From: Escherichia phage EC.P2
Sequence record: PQ631072.1
Direction: 5' to 3' (one strand)
DNA length: 64,000 nucleotides
The translations under genes were made by a program, and so were the position numbers. Below are positions 28,200 through 37,939 of this stretch, in pieces. Every line of letters begins with the position of its first letter. Within the stretch, counting starts at the first letter, position 1. Under the pieces are notes generated by a model. The model saw nothing but the letters and a program-made list of their open reading frames with translations. It did not search any database and had not been told where the DNA came from.

Positions 28200-29972
28200 T
28201 TAATAAGAACCATCAGGAATATTCTCTGGGTTACTTGTGTATTGATCGTAATCGTGAAGTGTCGCTGTTTTAATCTCATAGAAGAAACTACCTGCTGCAC
28301 CAGTCTCTGAGAACTCACGGTTCTTTAGAATGTAGCAATATGTGCGGTTACGTTCCATAGGATCTTCAGCTTGTTTATCACGCTCCAGCGCAATTGTGAT
28401 ACCAGCACCTTTAGCAAGGAAGCTACTACCCATTGCATCATCTTCTACAATATGTTCATTACTATTGTTAGAAGACTTTTTAACGTGTGAAATTACAACA
28501 ATGGTAATTGCGTACTCTTTCATAATGCGTTTGAGCCACGTCGCAAGTTCCTCTTGTTGTGACACGTCCATACCAGAAAGCAAGTCAGAATAAGGGTCGA
28601 TAACAAGAATGGTTACTCCGAAATAAATAATCATTTCCAGAACCTTCTCTTTAATCACATCTACGTTAGCTCCACGATCATCACAAACATAGAAACGTGG
28701 TGTTCCATCTTCTCGTTCGTAAAAATCACGAATCTTTTCTTCATTATCTTTTAAAATCTTTTCCTTCTCTTCTTTTGTTTTACGGTGAAGAGGGATGTGC
28801 AAGAATGAAGACAGTAAGTTACGAGAATACTTCTTATACGTTGCCTCCAAAGATAAAATACCAAGAGTATGTTCTGGGTGTGCAAGAATAATGTGCTTTG
28901 TAATCTCGTTAACCAACAGTGTTTTACCGATACTTGTTTTTGCAAGTATAACAGTAATTTCTTCTTCTACCAAGCCTCCACCTAACATATTAGAAGCAAC
29001 ACGCATGAATGGAGGAAGGGTAATCATTTTAGCTTCCAGGCATTCCAAGGCTGCTTCATACAGTACGTTAGAAGCATAAACACCAGCAGGTGTGTACAGT
29101 TTAGCTTTGAAAAAGCGATCAAGAAAGTGATCAATTTTTCCTTCTACTAGTGCCTGGTTAGGATCTTTAACATCCGTTAGTTCCATCACGTAAACTTTAT
29201 TACGTGGTAAGATTTTAACACATTTCTCAACTGCTGCACGTCCAGCTTCATCATTATCCATACACAGAACAATCTTTTTAAATTGATCTAAGAATTTATA
29301 ACGATGTTGAAGCTGCTTATGCAGAGATGTTTCGCCACAAGTACCAGATACTACAGCAGGAACAGGATATTTACCGCCCTTGTTATAATCTTTTAGCATC
29401 TGTGTTGCAGCCAGCATATCGTGTTCACCACCAACGATTAGAATAGTACCGCTGTGGTTACGATATTTAAACTCCCCAAAAAGATCACAATCCTTCCCTG
29501 TTTCACCAATAGGATGCGAAAAATCTTTTGGATCGATACGTTGTTTATACCCAGCAATATTGTAATCTTTAGTTGTAGGGTATAGTGTTGAAATTACTTC
29601 GCCAGTAGCTTCATCGTACATATAGCGTACACCGAAAGGTTTAGAGATATCTTCACGAATACCGCGATAACCTTTTGGATTAGTTCCAGTGCTGGCTTTT
29701 AGTTTATCATGTACTTCTGGATTAAACTCACTACCCAAGATATCCTCCTCTTCAATTTCTTCGCCGTGTGCATTTAACCATTTTTGATCAGGGATAGTAA
29801 AGCCACAAGAAAAACAATGTGCGCCTCGATGGTCTTCATCGGCATCTAAGCCATATACCATCAAATTGTTTTGTGATCGATCACGCCCTCCTTTCATACA
29901 ACGAGGACACCCAGTATGTCCTTCTTGACTTAGATCAATGTTATACCCATATTTATTTACAACATAAGACAC
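28200..29972 (-). CDS. primase-helicase (T7 gp4-like)
   Basis: 590 aa; Zn-ribbon CPRCMKGG...CFSCGF, TOPRIM-like middle, DnaB-type Walker A (ILAKTSIGKTLL); GTG start with AGGAGA RBS. Confidence 0.85.
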   Translation of the reverse strand: MSYVVNKYGYNIDLSQEGHTGCPRCMKGGRDRSQNNLMVYGLDADEDHRGAHCFSCGFTIPDQKWLNAHGEEIEEEDILGSEFNPEVHDKLKASTGTNPKGYRGIREDISKPFGVRYMYDEATGEVISTLYPTTKDYNIAGYKQRIDPKDFSHPIGETGKDCDLFGEFKYRNHSGTILIVGGEHDMLAATQMLKDYNKGGKYPVPAVVSGTCGETSLHKQLQHRYKFLDQFKKIVLCMDNDEAGRAAVEKCVKILPRNKVYVMELTDVKDPNQALVEGKIDHFLDRFFKAKLYTPAGVYASNVLYEAALECLEAKMITLPPFMRVASNMLGGGLVEEEITVILAKTSIGKTLLVNEITKHIILAHPEHTLGILSLEATYKKYSRNLLSSFLHIPLHRKTKEEKEKILKDNEEKIRDFYEREDGTPRFYVCDDRGANVDVIKEKVLEMIIYFGVTILVIDPYSDLLSGMDVSQQEELATWLKRIMKEYAITIVVISHVKKSSNNSNEHIVEDDAMGSSFLAKGAGITIALERDKQAEDPMERNRTYCYILKNREFSETGAAGSFFYEIKTATLHDYDQYTSNPENIPDGSY

Positions 29973-29984
29973 ATGATTCTCCTA

Positions 29985-30254
29985 CTAAAATGATTCGTTT
30001 GTCTCCATAATATATTGCATTTCCAAATCTTCCATATGTTTCTTAAATTGGTAAACAATTTCCGATGGGGAAATATCTATATCAAAAAGTTCTTTTGTAC
30101 CAGAATAGAACCTAATACCATCAACAATAAGGCCACCATAATAATCCCAATCACTTTCTCGTGAGAAAGGATTAGGTTCTTCATAATAGTAATCTACTTC
30201 AACAATAATAGGTTCTTTATTATCTTGTTTATACTCAAAATCAAAAGTGTTCAT
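29985..30254 (-). CDS. hypothetical protein
   Basis: 89 aa acidic ORF; 1-nt overlap with upstream gene. Confidence 0.4.
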   Translation of the reverse strand: MNTFDFEYKQDNKEPIIVEVDYYYEEPNPFSRESDWDYYGGLIVDGIRFYSGTKELFDIDISPSEIVYQFKKHMEDLEMQYIMETNESF

Positions 30255-31198
30255 TATAAATCCTCGATAAGCAGTCTGCGGGTTTCATTTAAATCATCAA
30301 TATTGTAGTTATCTCTTACATACTTAGCAAGAGCTAATCCTTTCTCAATACAAACATCAGGAGATTCGATTAAGTATTCTACAACATCTTTCCACTCTTT
30401 AACTGAATCAGCAAAGAAGATTAGATCTTTAAATTCTTCAGTATAGTAGTTCTCTCGTGGAGAACAAACGAGTGGCAAACCTTTAGCACCAGCCTCAAGA
30501 ATTTTTAAATTACTTTTGGCATTATTAAAATGATTATTTACTAATGGAGCTATGGAGATTTGATGACCATCGTATGCCTCCATATAACACTCATAAGGAC
30601 GAATACCTTCATAAACACAATCTGGTTGAATCTCTTCTTTAATTTGCAACCATTGAGCACTACTTAACTCTTCGTGATCTCTACGAAATCCACATAACGT
30701 TAAATCTTTACCAAAAGTAGGAAGAATTGCTAAATCATGTTTATGTGTTTCACTTCCCGCCCAAACCAGTGGGCTTTTAGAATAACGATCTTTAGTAAGA
30801 ACAAACTGCCCTTCATCAAAAGGTAGTCCGTTAGGCACAATATGTACATTATCATTGTATTGGCTTAATTCAACCTTTAATGCTGGAGTTGTTGTAGTTA
30901 CAAGATCGCTTCTTTCAAGGAACCATTTTAGGTCATCTCGGATTTGATTTTCAAATAATCCTTCCAACATATGCCCTTCAGGAATAATTAAAGAATCATC
31001 CAGATCCATTACCAATTTAAACCCAAGTTGTTTAAGAGCCAGGAAACCTGGCTTTCCACGAGTTGGTACTCCATTGAACACAAAAATATTATGCTTAGGA
31101 TTAATGGTCAGTTTGCGTTTATATGGCAAAATGATTCTATGAAAATCACATACACTATACCTTTCATGTCCACGTGTGTCAAGAATAATATTAGGCAT
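30254..31198 (-). CDS. glycosyltransferase (GT-B-like), paralogue 1
   Basis: 314 aa; C-terminal motif NLKILEAGAKGLPLVCSP; shares TKDRYS...P..WAG and HxIxIAPLVNN.FNN.KSNLKILEAGAKGLP blocks with adjacent paralogue. Confidence 0.5.
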   Translation of the reverse strand: MPNIILDTRGHERYSVCDFHRIILPYKRKLTINPKHNIFVFNGVPTRGKPGFLALKQLGFKLVMDLDDSLIIPEGHMLEGLFENQIRDDLKWFLERSDLVTTTTPALKVELSQYNDNVHIVPNGLPFDEGQFVLTKDRYSKSPLVWAGSETHKHDLAILPTFGKDLTLCGFRRDHEELSSAQWLQIKEEIQPDCVYEGIRPYECYMEAYDGHQISIAPLVNNHFNNAKSNLKILEAGAKGLPLVCSPRENYYTEEFKDLIFFADSVKEWKDVVEYLIESPDVCIEKGLALAKYVRDNYNIDDLNETRRLLIEDL

Positions 31199-31209
31199 AT
31201 GGCTCCTTG

Positions 31210-32184
31210 TTAAAGACTTTCAATAACTTGACGACGCAGTTCATTGGCATCTGCAAGATTATAATTAAGACGAACGTGTTCTGCAAGCATCATACCACGA
31301 TCTTCTGTGTATCTAGGGTTCCTCATTAGCTTGACAACTTCATAATGCCAAGATGCTTTAGAATCTGCATAGATAACAGCCTTTGCATCTACCGGATTGA
31401 AGTACGGCAGCACAGGAGAACAGATAATAGGAAGACCCTTTGCACCTGCTTCCAAAATCTTCAAATTGCTTTTACAGTTGTTGAAGTCATTATCTACCAG
31501 AGGAGCAATTGCAATACTGTGACCGTCATACACAGACATATACTCACCTAAATTTTTAATAGCTGGTTTATACTGTGCATTTGGAATTTTACGTTTTACT
31601 TTAACCCACTCCGCAGTAGTTAGATACTGACTATTATTTCCAACAGGTGCAGAAGGATACACTTCATACCCTGCAATTGTCAATAGTGTATCATCAAATG
31701 TATTAGCTACAAGAGATAAATCAGGTTCATGGCTTGCTCCTCCAGCCCAAATAATAGGCGTGTCAGAATAACGGTCTTTTGTCAAAGTAAATTGACCTTC
31801 ATCGTAAGGTAGTGCGTTTCTAATAACGACAACATTACGATTTAAATGACGAATTTTGTAAGCCAGGTATTCTGTTGTTACAGTAACAACATCTGCTAAC
31901 TTAATCATCTCTACAATAGTCTTTGAGTGATTAGTAAATACGCCAGCCATATAATGTTCAGGATTAAGCGAATAAAAGTCATCTAAATCAACAATAATCT
32001 TAACACCTTGTGCCTTCAGGCGTTTAACTTCGTCTGATCCACGAGAATACACTCTATTAAAAACTAAAACGTCTTTCTTAGGCTTAAACGTATTTCCCGC
32101 AAATGGCATTACAATACGATGGTAATCACAACCACTGCCTAACTTATTATCACACTTAAGTACAGGGGTATTAGGATTTACCAT
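31210..32184 (-). CDS. glycosyltransferase (GT-B-like), paralogue 2
   Basis: Track ORF 31210..32223; ATG at 32184 has GAGGAGG RBS and aligns with paralogue 1 N-terminus; ATG at 32223 also has an RBS, so start is uncertain. Confidence 0.5.
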   Translation of the reverse strand: MVNPNTPVLKCDNKLGSGCDYHRIVMPFAGNTFKPKKDVLVFNRVYSRGSDEVKRLKAQGVKIIVDLDDFYSLNPEHYMAGVFTNHSKTIVEMIKLADVVTVTTEYLAYKIRHLNRNVVVIRNALPYDEGQFTLTKDRYSDTPIIWAGGASHEPDLSLVANTFDDTLLTIAGYEVYPSAPVGNNSQYLTTAEWVKVKRKIPNAQYKPAIKNLGEYMSVYDGHSIAIAPLVDNDFNNCKSNLKILEAGAKGLPIICSPVLPYFNPVDAKAVIYADSKASWHYEVVKLMRNPRYTEDRGMMLAEHVRLNYNLADANELRRQVIESL

Positions 32185-32857
32185 ATTTTTGAGCCTCCTC
32201 ATAAGAGATAAAAGTTTTACCATTGCGAAGATCCTCCAGTGATTGTTTATATTGTTCCCAGTTTACACCAATCCCCTGTTCTTTCTCTTCTTTTGACAGA
32301 TTTGCAAAAGGTAAAGGATTATCTCCAAACACATCGTCAGGATGGATAAACGCCATAATTCGAATAGGGCATGGTACGCCGTGAATACCTCGGTTCAAAC
32401 CTGCTAGTGGAACACGCTGAATCCACTCTGCATCTTCATATCCATAACCGTGGGTGTATGAGCGGAAATAGCCAGCTTTCTCAATAACTGCACGGGAATA
32501 CATACCAAACTGGCACATACCTAGTTCCCAAATAACCACTTCACCTTCAATACCTTTTACTTTATCTTTAAAATATTCAGGCATACCAAAGAAATCCCAG
32601 CCATTTTCCTTAGCCTGTTTTACAAAATATGTTTCCCAACCTGGCACAACCGGATAGCAATCATCATCAAAAATAAACCAGTAATCATACCCTTCATCAT
32701 AAAACTTTTTCATCAGTTCATTACGGGCATATGCAACACCTTTTCGTTCCCGATCATACTGTACAACAAAAGTAGCATTAGGATCAGTCACAAGATAATC
32801 TTTAAGAGGACGCTTACCTACAGTAATAACACCAACACCAATTTTTGTATTTTCCAA
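32171..32857 (-). CDS. glycosyltransferase (GT-A fold, family 2-like)
   Basis: 228 aa; DxD region YDYWFIFDDDCYP. Confidence 0.5.
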   Translation of the reverse strand: MENTKIGVGVITVGKRPLKDYLVTDPNATFVVQYDRERKGVAYARNELMKKFYDEGYDYWFIFDDDCYPVVPGWETYFVKQAKENGWDFFGMPEYFKDKVKGIEGEVVIWELGMCQFGMYSRAVIEKAGYFRSYTHGYGYEDAEWIQRVPLAGLNRGIHGVPCPIRIMAFIHPDDVFGDNPLPFANLSKEEKEQGIGVNWEQYKQSLEDLRNGKTFISYEEAQKYGKS

Positions 32858-32866
32858 AATAACTCC

Positions 32867-33430
32867 TTAAATAATTTTATTCATGTCTTGACAATGTAAA
32901 AGGTGTGAAACAGCTTTTCTAGGATCATCACTACCTAAACGGTATGTGTGAAATAAATATAGCCCACGTAATAAACCTAGCCTTTTATTGTTAGCGTGTA
33001 ATGCTTTAGAGAAAATTATATCAAACTGTATTGATCTTTCCTCAAAAGGGATTTCATTCCACAGACTCTTACGAAAGAGAAGAAAGAATCCTGCTAAGAT
33101 AGCATCTGTAGGTACTTCCTCTATTGAGTTTCCCCATTCTAGATGTGCTCTTTTTGCAATCTCAATGTGGTGTAATATATTTGGATCTTCACTTCTTTCA
33201 TTATTAAATAATTGATATGTTGATCCCAATCTATTACAAGATGCACCAAGAACATCAAAATCAGGATTTGAACGGACTATTGATTCCAACCAAGCAGGTT
33301 GTTCTGGAAGAAGAAACATTGTATCAATGTCTCTTAGGCAAATCCAACTATCTTCTGGTAAGACACTTATTGTGTCATTGATACCTTTTCCAATATCTCC
33401 AGAAAGATAGGGAGTTATGTGAAATATCAT
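32867..33430 (-). CDS. putative glycosyltransferase (GT-A-like)
   Basis: 187 aa; possible DxD (CLRDIDTMF); weaker than neighbours. Confidence 0.35.
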   Translation of the reverse strand: MIFHITPYLSGDIGKGINDTISVLPEDSWICLRDIDTMFLLPEQPAWLESIVRSNPDFDVLGASCNRLGSTYQLFNNERSEDPNILHHIEIAKRAHLEWGNSIEEVPTDAILAGFFLLFRKSLWNEIPFEERSIQFDIIFSKALHANNKRLGLLRGLYLFHTYRLGSDDPRKAVSHLLHCQDMNKII

Positions 33431-33487
33431 ACTCCCTCCGTATTATTACTTTAGCATTTTTAGACTAAAAAGTCCAAATGGTTTTAC

Positions 33488-33682
33488 CTATTGATTACGT
33501 TTTGCGAGTTCCATCTGGATAGCTAAACTGTGATCTCGTGCTTCCATATACTCTTTATATGTTTCATTAAGATGATCACGACAAACATCACGCAGTTTAA
33601 TCAGTTTATCTGTAGGGATACCACTAAGATCATCCCAAGATTTTACAACTTCACCAGTATCATTGATCCCAATGGTTTTCAT
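33488..33682 (-). CDS. hypothetical small protein
   Basis: 64 aa ORF. Confidence 0.35.
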   Translation of the reverse strand: MKTIGINDTGEVVKSWDDLSGIPTDKLIKLRDVCRDHLNETYKEYMEARDHSLAIQMELAKRNQ

Positions 33683-33938
33683 CTACAACCTCCTTAATTG
33701 CTACAGCACAGTTTTTGCAGATACACTGCCCTTTACCTTTAGAAATCTGGATGTAAGGTTCATTTTCATTTTCGCCCTTACGTGAGTCATATATTACAGA
33801 ATTGAAGCACACAACGCAAATATTTTTTAAGATTGTATACTTATCAACTTTCTTTTTTGTTTTAAAGTTAACTTCAATAACATCAGCCATCAGTGTAACA
33901 CTCCCAGTATGTTGTTTTGTGACATAACCATAGAACAT
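33660..33938 (-). CDS. small Cys-rich (zinc-finger-like) protein
   Basis: 92 aa; CVVCF...CICKNC cysteine pairs. Confidence 0.35.
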   Translation of the reverse strand: MFYGYVTKQHTGSVTLMADVIEVNFKTKKKVDKYTILKNICVVCFNSVIYDSRKGENENEPYIQISKGKGQCICKNCAVAIKEVVDENHWDQ

Positions 33939-34168
33939 TCAACATTATCGTGACTACGTGAAAAACGTTCCCAAACATCTTCATCGACTCGTAAAGCTAT
34001 ACAAGGATAGACGTTATCATTGATCATTTCAATTGAATAAACATCCACATTGTCTTCGTCTTCGATGAACATCATTGCAAACTGTTCTAAATGTTTCCTA
34101 ATGTAATGTACATCCTCTTCTGTAAGACCAATAACAAGATAACTTGCAACGATAACGCCATCTTTCAT
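33890..34168 (-). CDS. hypothetical small protein
   Basis: 92 aa ORF. Confidence 0.35.
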   Translation of the reverse strand: MKDGVIVASYLVIGLTEEDVHYIRKHLEQFAMMFIEDEDNVDVYSIEMINDNVYPCIALRVDEDVWERFSRSHDNVECSMVMSQNNILGVLH

Positions 34169-34178
34169 CTATATCTCC

Positions 34179-34688
34179 TTAGCGATAGAATTGATGTTCT
34201 TTGTAGCGGTACACTAGAACCATATCTTTTTCCCAGTGTGCTCTTATTGTAGATTTTTTAAAGTATAATGCTCCTTTTGTAATATCTAATGCAATTCGTA
34301 ATTCTGGAAAATGGTTATCGAGATAAAGTAGACGTTCTGCTATAGCTTTAGCGTCTTTCCACTTATCGTGTTCCATAACGTTGAATGTCTTCGTGTAAGA
34401 GAATTGTCCTTTTTGAAACAAAACTTCTTTTATAGTATCAGGGAAATATGAATCTCTCGCCCTATTCAATACTACATTACCAACAGCAGACATACCGCGC
34501 TTTCCTTGATTACGACTTTCTGCATAGATTGCACAAGCTAATAGATTTTCTTTACTATCACGCTTTGTACACTTGTGAACTACTTTAGCAGTTTTTACGT
34601 TTGCAGCTTCGGCTTGCGCCACAACAGGTGTAAATGTAAAAGCAGTTAAGGATAGTAACGCAATTGCGACAAAGGTTTTTATTGACAA
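34179..34688 (-). CDS. secreted cell-wall hydrolase (SleB / Hydrolase_2-like)
   Basis: 169 aa; TTG start with AGGAGG RBS; signal peptide (MSIKTFVAIALLSLTAFTFTPVVAQA); motif LLACAIYAESRNQ...GMSAVGNVVLNRA. Confidence 0.55.
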   Translation of the reverse strand: MSIKTFVAIALLSLTAFTFTPVVAQAEAANVKTAKVVHKCTKRDSKENLLACAIYAESRNQGKRGMSAVGNVVLNRARDSYFPDTIKEVLFQKGQFSYTKTFNVMEHDKWKDAKAIAERLLYLDNHFPELRIALDITKGALYFKKSTIRAHWEKDMVLVYRYKEHQFYR

Positions 34689-34780
34689 ACTTGCCTCCTA
34701 TTTTGTTAAACGAACTTTTATTGTAACACAGAAGAGGCTATTTTGCAAGTGGAGGGGGATAATCCCCCTCTTACACTCTG

Positions 34781-35383
34781 TTAGATATTGTAAACCTTTG
34801 TATGAGTTACTACACCATCTTCTACAAAATCAATACGTTCTTGATCCGTAACTAGTGCAGACAACACTTTAAATTTAATTTTTACACGTTCAAAAGCTGG
34901 TTGACCATCTTTAAGATAATTATGTTCAGTTGTCACTGTCTTGTTTACAAAATCAACTTTTGCTTTACCGTTCTCGCGTAAGTGGAATGTTTTTCCTGCT
35001 TTATACACAATTTCAACATTACCTTCGAGAGTAATTCCTTCAAAAAGTTCACCCTCTTCTTCATTTTCTTCACTTTTGAACAGACGACGAAACTCTTCCA
35101 TATCAAGATAAACAACATCTTCAGAATAACTATCAGTAAGATATGTCTTACCCTCCATTAACCCGAAATATTGCCAGATTGCCGAATAAACATCACTAGA
35201 TGATCCAAGGGTTTCTCTGAGTTTAGTTCCACGGATTACTTCATAAACTTCAAAATTGAAACCAGACTGCAAAGCATCAAACAGCACATCACTAACTTCT
35301 AAAGCATAATCTTCATTGTTGTCAATATCTACAAGAAAATTACCGCTACGAATAAGTTTTTGACCTTCTAAAGTAATACTCAT
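34781..35383 (-). CDS. hypothetical protein
   Basis: 200 aa acidic ORF, ATG with GAGGAG RBS. Confidence 0.45.
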   Translation of the reverse strand: MSITLEGQKLIRSGNFLVDIDNNEDYALEVSDVLFDALQSGFNFEVYEVIRGTKLRETLGSSSDVYSAIWQYFGLMEGKTYLTDSYSEDVVYLDMEEFRRLFKSEENEEEGELFEGITLEGNVEIVYKAGKTFHLRENGKAKVDFVNKTVTTEHNYLKDGQPAFERVKIKFKVLSALVTDQERIDFVEDGVVTHTKVYNI

Positions 35384-35410
35384 TGTTTTCTCCTCTTTTA
35401 TTTCAAATAT

Positions 35411-35426
35411 GCGCCCCGAAGGGCGC
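35411..35426 (-). terminator. hairpin downstream of TerD gene
   Basis: GCGCCCCGAAGGGCGC palindrome between TerD stop and next gene. Confidence 0.45.
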
Positions 35427-35447
35427 TATGATTTATTACTTGATGTA

Positions 35448-36044
35448 TTACTCGAACCAATCGTCGCCAGCGCCAAACGCTTTAACTACATCGTAAATGT
35501 CAAGCCCAGCTTTACCTACACCATATGCTTTCAGTTTCCATTCGCTATCTTCTCGCACCAGGGAGGCAACGTGGCAAATGGTGTTACCTGCAAGTTCTGG
35601 AGCCAAGAAGTCAAAGTCCAGCAGTTCAACATTACGTTCATCATCGAAGATTTTAAGGAAACCTTCGGTAGCGTGACCAAGGCGTTTCTTACCCGTTTCG
35701 TCATCAATAGTAATTACGAATGCAATTTCCTGTGCTTCAGCAGAGATATTATCCAGTGTAACATCAATCTGCTCCATCTGTCCTACACCATCACGAACAT
35801 CTTCACCTGCAAAAGTAGAACGTTCAGGATCAAATTTCTGTGCGTAGCACACCAGGTGACGAGGAGACAACAGTTCCGGCAGACCAGATGCATTGTGTCG
35901 GCAAATCAGAGCACTAACATCCAGATCCAGTTTTTCGTTAGATTTCCAAGAGAATTCCAGACGAATGCGTTTCAGTGCTGGTGCGATCTTTTTCAGAGAA
36001 ACTTTTTCGCTAGAACCTTTTTTCAGGGAAATTTTCTGAGTCAT
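35448..36044 (-). CDS. terD: TerD-domain protein
   Basis: 198 aa; N-terminus MTQKISLKKGSSEKVSLKK and internal ...FAGEDVRDGVGQMEQIDVTLDNI... fit TerD pattern; AAGGAGA RBS. Confidence 0.75.
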   Translation of the reverse strand: MTQKISLKKGSSEKVSLKKIAPALKRIRLEFSWKSNEKLDLDVSALICRHNASGLPELLSPRHLVCYAQKFDPERSTFAGEDVRDGVGQMEQIDVTLDNISAEAQEIAFVITIDDETGKKRLGHATEGFLKIFDDERNVELLDFDFLAPELAGNTICHVASLVREDSEWKLKAYGVGKAGLDIYDVVKAFGAGDDWFE

Positions 36045-36117
36045 AATTTATTATCTCCTTTGTTGTTAATTTACGTTGTCTATTTTACTAATCTTTTCTA
36101 CAAAGTCAAGCGTTTTT

Positions 36118-36912
36118 TTACGCTTTTGCTCCGAATTTTTTAACCCACTCACCAAACTCTTCAGATAACAATTTATCGTAAAGTTCTTCATCAGACAAGG
36201 ACAAATCTGCAATACCGATAAAATCAACATTATCGTACTCTTTTGCCAAGTCTTTCAGGAATTTAAAGTTTGCATTACCTACACCAACCATAAACCAGTA
36301 AACAGGCGTATTGCGGTGTTTGTTCAGTAAGCTACGTACTGCTGAAGTATCCATGTTTTCCCCGTCAGTTTGGAAGAAAATCATTGCAGGAGTACGATCA
36401 ACTTGTGCATCAGTGTCTACAACCTGTTCTACAACAGTACGTGTTACTTCTACAAGTTCTTTTTTACCAGTTAGTTTAGCAAGGAAACCCTTAGCTGGGA
36501 CTTCTTCATACTCAACGACTTCGCGTGTAATATTTTTCATAGGTACACTACCGAAGTATGTATCATAGATCTCCTGCATTACTGGAGCATAAGCAGTACC
36601 ACCATTGATGCAAACATTAGACATGCAAGAGCCGACATAATCATCATACACATCAGCCGTTGCAGGAGGCAGTTCAAAAGAAGAACTATTGAAAGCCCAC
36701 ATGTCAATCTGTGCATTGTCATCAAACTTCATACCAAACGGCAGCAGTTTACCTACAAAATCACTAACAGTGCCATCACGATACAGCTCACACATACTAC
36801 CCGAAATATCTAAGGCGCTACCGACACGAAGAACAACATCGTTAATCTTTTTCTTACGCAGAGATACAGTAAGAGTTTCTTGACGTTTTTTAAGACTGAT
36901 TTTATTGGACAT
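36118..36912 (-). CDS. vWA-domain protein (vWA-TerF-like)
   Basis: 264 aa; MIDAS motif ALDISGSM; N-terminal leader MSNKISLKKRQETLTVSLRKKK mirrors TerD N-terminus. Confidence 0.65.
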   Translation of the reverse strand: MSNKISLKKRQETLTVSLRKKKINDVVLRVGSALDISGSMCELYRDGTVSDFVGKLLPFGMKFDDNAQIDMWAFNSSSFELPPATADVYDDYVGSCMSNVCINGGTAYAPVMQEIYDTYFGSVPMKNITREVVEYEEVPAKGFLAKLTGKKELVEVTRTVVEQVVDTDAQVDRTPAMIFFQTDGENMDTSAVRSLLNKHRNTPVYWFMVGVGNANFKFLKDLAKEYDNVDFIGIADLSLSDEELYDKLLSEEFGEWVKKFGAKA

Positions 36913-36913
36913 A

Positions 36914-37183
36914 TTATTTCTCCTTTCTGAGTGTAATGTTAGTAACTTCTAAATCCACTTCTACCATTTCTGTATCATATGAAATACAGCTAAGTTGACC
37001 TCTTTGTGAACCGTTCAGACACATTGCTTGGTTTGTATTAACTTTAATAAACACTAAGTTTCTGAACGTATCTAAACCAGAATCTTGATACGCAACATAA
37101 TATACGAATGTATCACCTGCGTCAAGTTCTCCAAAACATTTAGGTTCATCTGATTTATCGTCTTTGATATTAAATTTAAGCAC
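36914..37183 (-). CDS. hypothetical protein
   Basis: 89 aa; stop 2 nt upstream of vWA start. Confidence 0.4.
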   Translation of the reverse strand: MLKFNIKDDKSDEPKCFGELDAGDTFVYYVAYQDSGLDTFRNLVFIKVNTNQAMCLNGSQRGQLSCISYDTEMVEVDLEVTNITLRKEK

Positions 37184-37739
37184 TGTCTTCTCCTTTACCT
37201 GCCCTCCAGCCTAAATAGAAAGCCTCTCTGGTGATCTTTTGCAACTCGTTTAAAGAGATAGTTACAACTAAATTATCTTCAATTTCTAGCTTTGAGTCTT
37301 CTTCTGTCTCAATGCAAGTATTATGCACTTTGTGGTAAGGATTGTCAACACGTTTAAATTTATTATTTTCAGTGCTGAAGAAGCAATCTGGATCTTCTTC
37401 TCCATCACCCCAACCCTGGTTAGGGTCTTCTTCAGATCTTTCTGTTGGGATCTCACCTGTAAAGTGCTCTTCTAATACCATAGCGATACCATCTCCAAGA
37501 TCGGAAGAGAACATCAAATTACAAACTTCTTCCCAAGGCATAGACCACTTAAATCTTTTACGATTACCATGTTTATCTTCTTCGTTAGAGAAAACACTAC
37601 CATAGCTATCATAATTGCCATACATCTCTTCAACAACTTTACCACCTTTCAAAAGAAATAGGTAGCAAGGAGAACCATCGAAAGAGGTAGAAAGAGCAGC
37701 ATTGCCAGACTCTTTGCACAAGAAACTAAAACACCCCAT
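37176..37739 (-). CDS. hypothetical protein
   Basis: 187 aa acidic ORF inside Ter-like cluster. Confidence 0.4.
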   Translation of the reverse strand: MGCFSFLCKESGNAALSTSFDGSPCYLFLLKGGKVVEEMYGNYDSYGSVFSNEEDKHGNRKRFKWSMPWEEVCNLMFSSDLGDGIAMVLEEHFTGEIPTERSEEDPNQGWGDGEEDPDCFFSTENNKFKRVDNPYHKVHNTCIETEEDSKLEIEDNLVVTISLNELQKITREAFYLGWRAGKGEDSA

Positions 37740-37939
37740 TATACACCAGCCTTAAGATCAATTAAAGCCAAAGTTGTTTCAGAATGTGTTTGCTCGTCTA
37801 CAGGTGCAGTCATATGATAATACAAAAAGTCTTCGGCATCATACCAATCTGATTCTTGACCTTGTTTCCAACCATCAATGAAAGCATCCTCCATAATGGT
37901 TTGTAATTCTTCACGAGTTAAGTGAATATCTTTATTCAT
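37739..37939 (-). CDS. hypothetical small protein
   Basis: 66 aa; 1-nt overlaps with both neighbours. Confidence 0.35.
   Translation of the reverse strand: MNKDIHLTREELQTIMEDAFIDGWKQGQESDWYDAEDFLYYHMTAPVDEQTHSETTLALIDLKAGV

Noticed and set aside
35409-36143. 244-aa plus-strand ORF covering the TerD locus, and similar long antisense ORFs (36311..36883, 39496..40176, 41344..41703, 43567..43880, 46963..47289, 48723..49076, 53145..53495)
   Set aside because: Antisense to genes with clear domain signatures and proper RBSs; Phe/Cys/Leu-rich composition typical of spurious reverse-frame ORFs.
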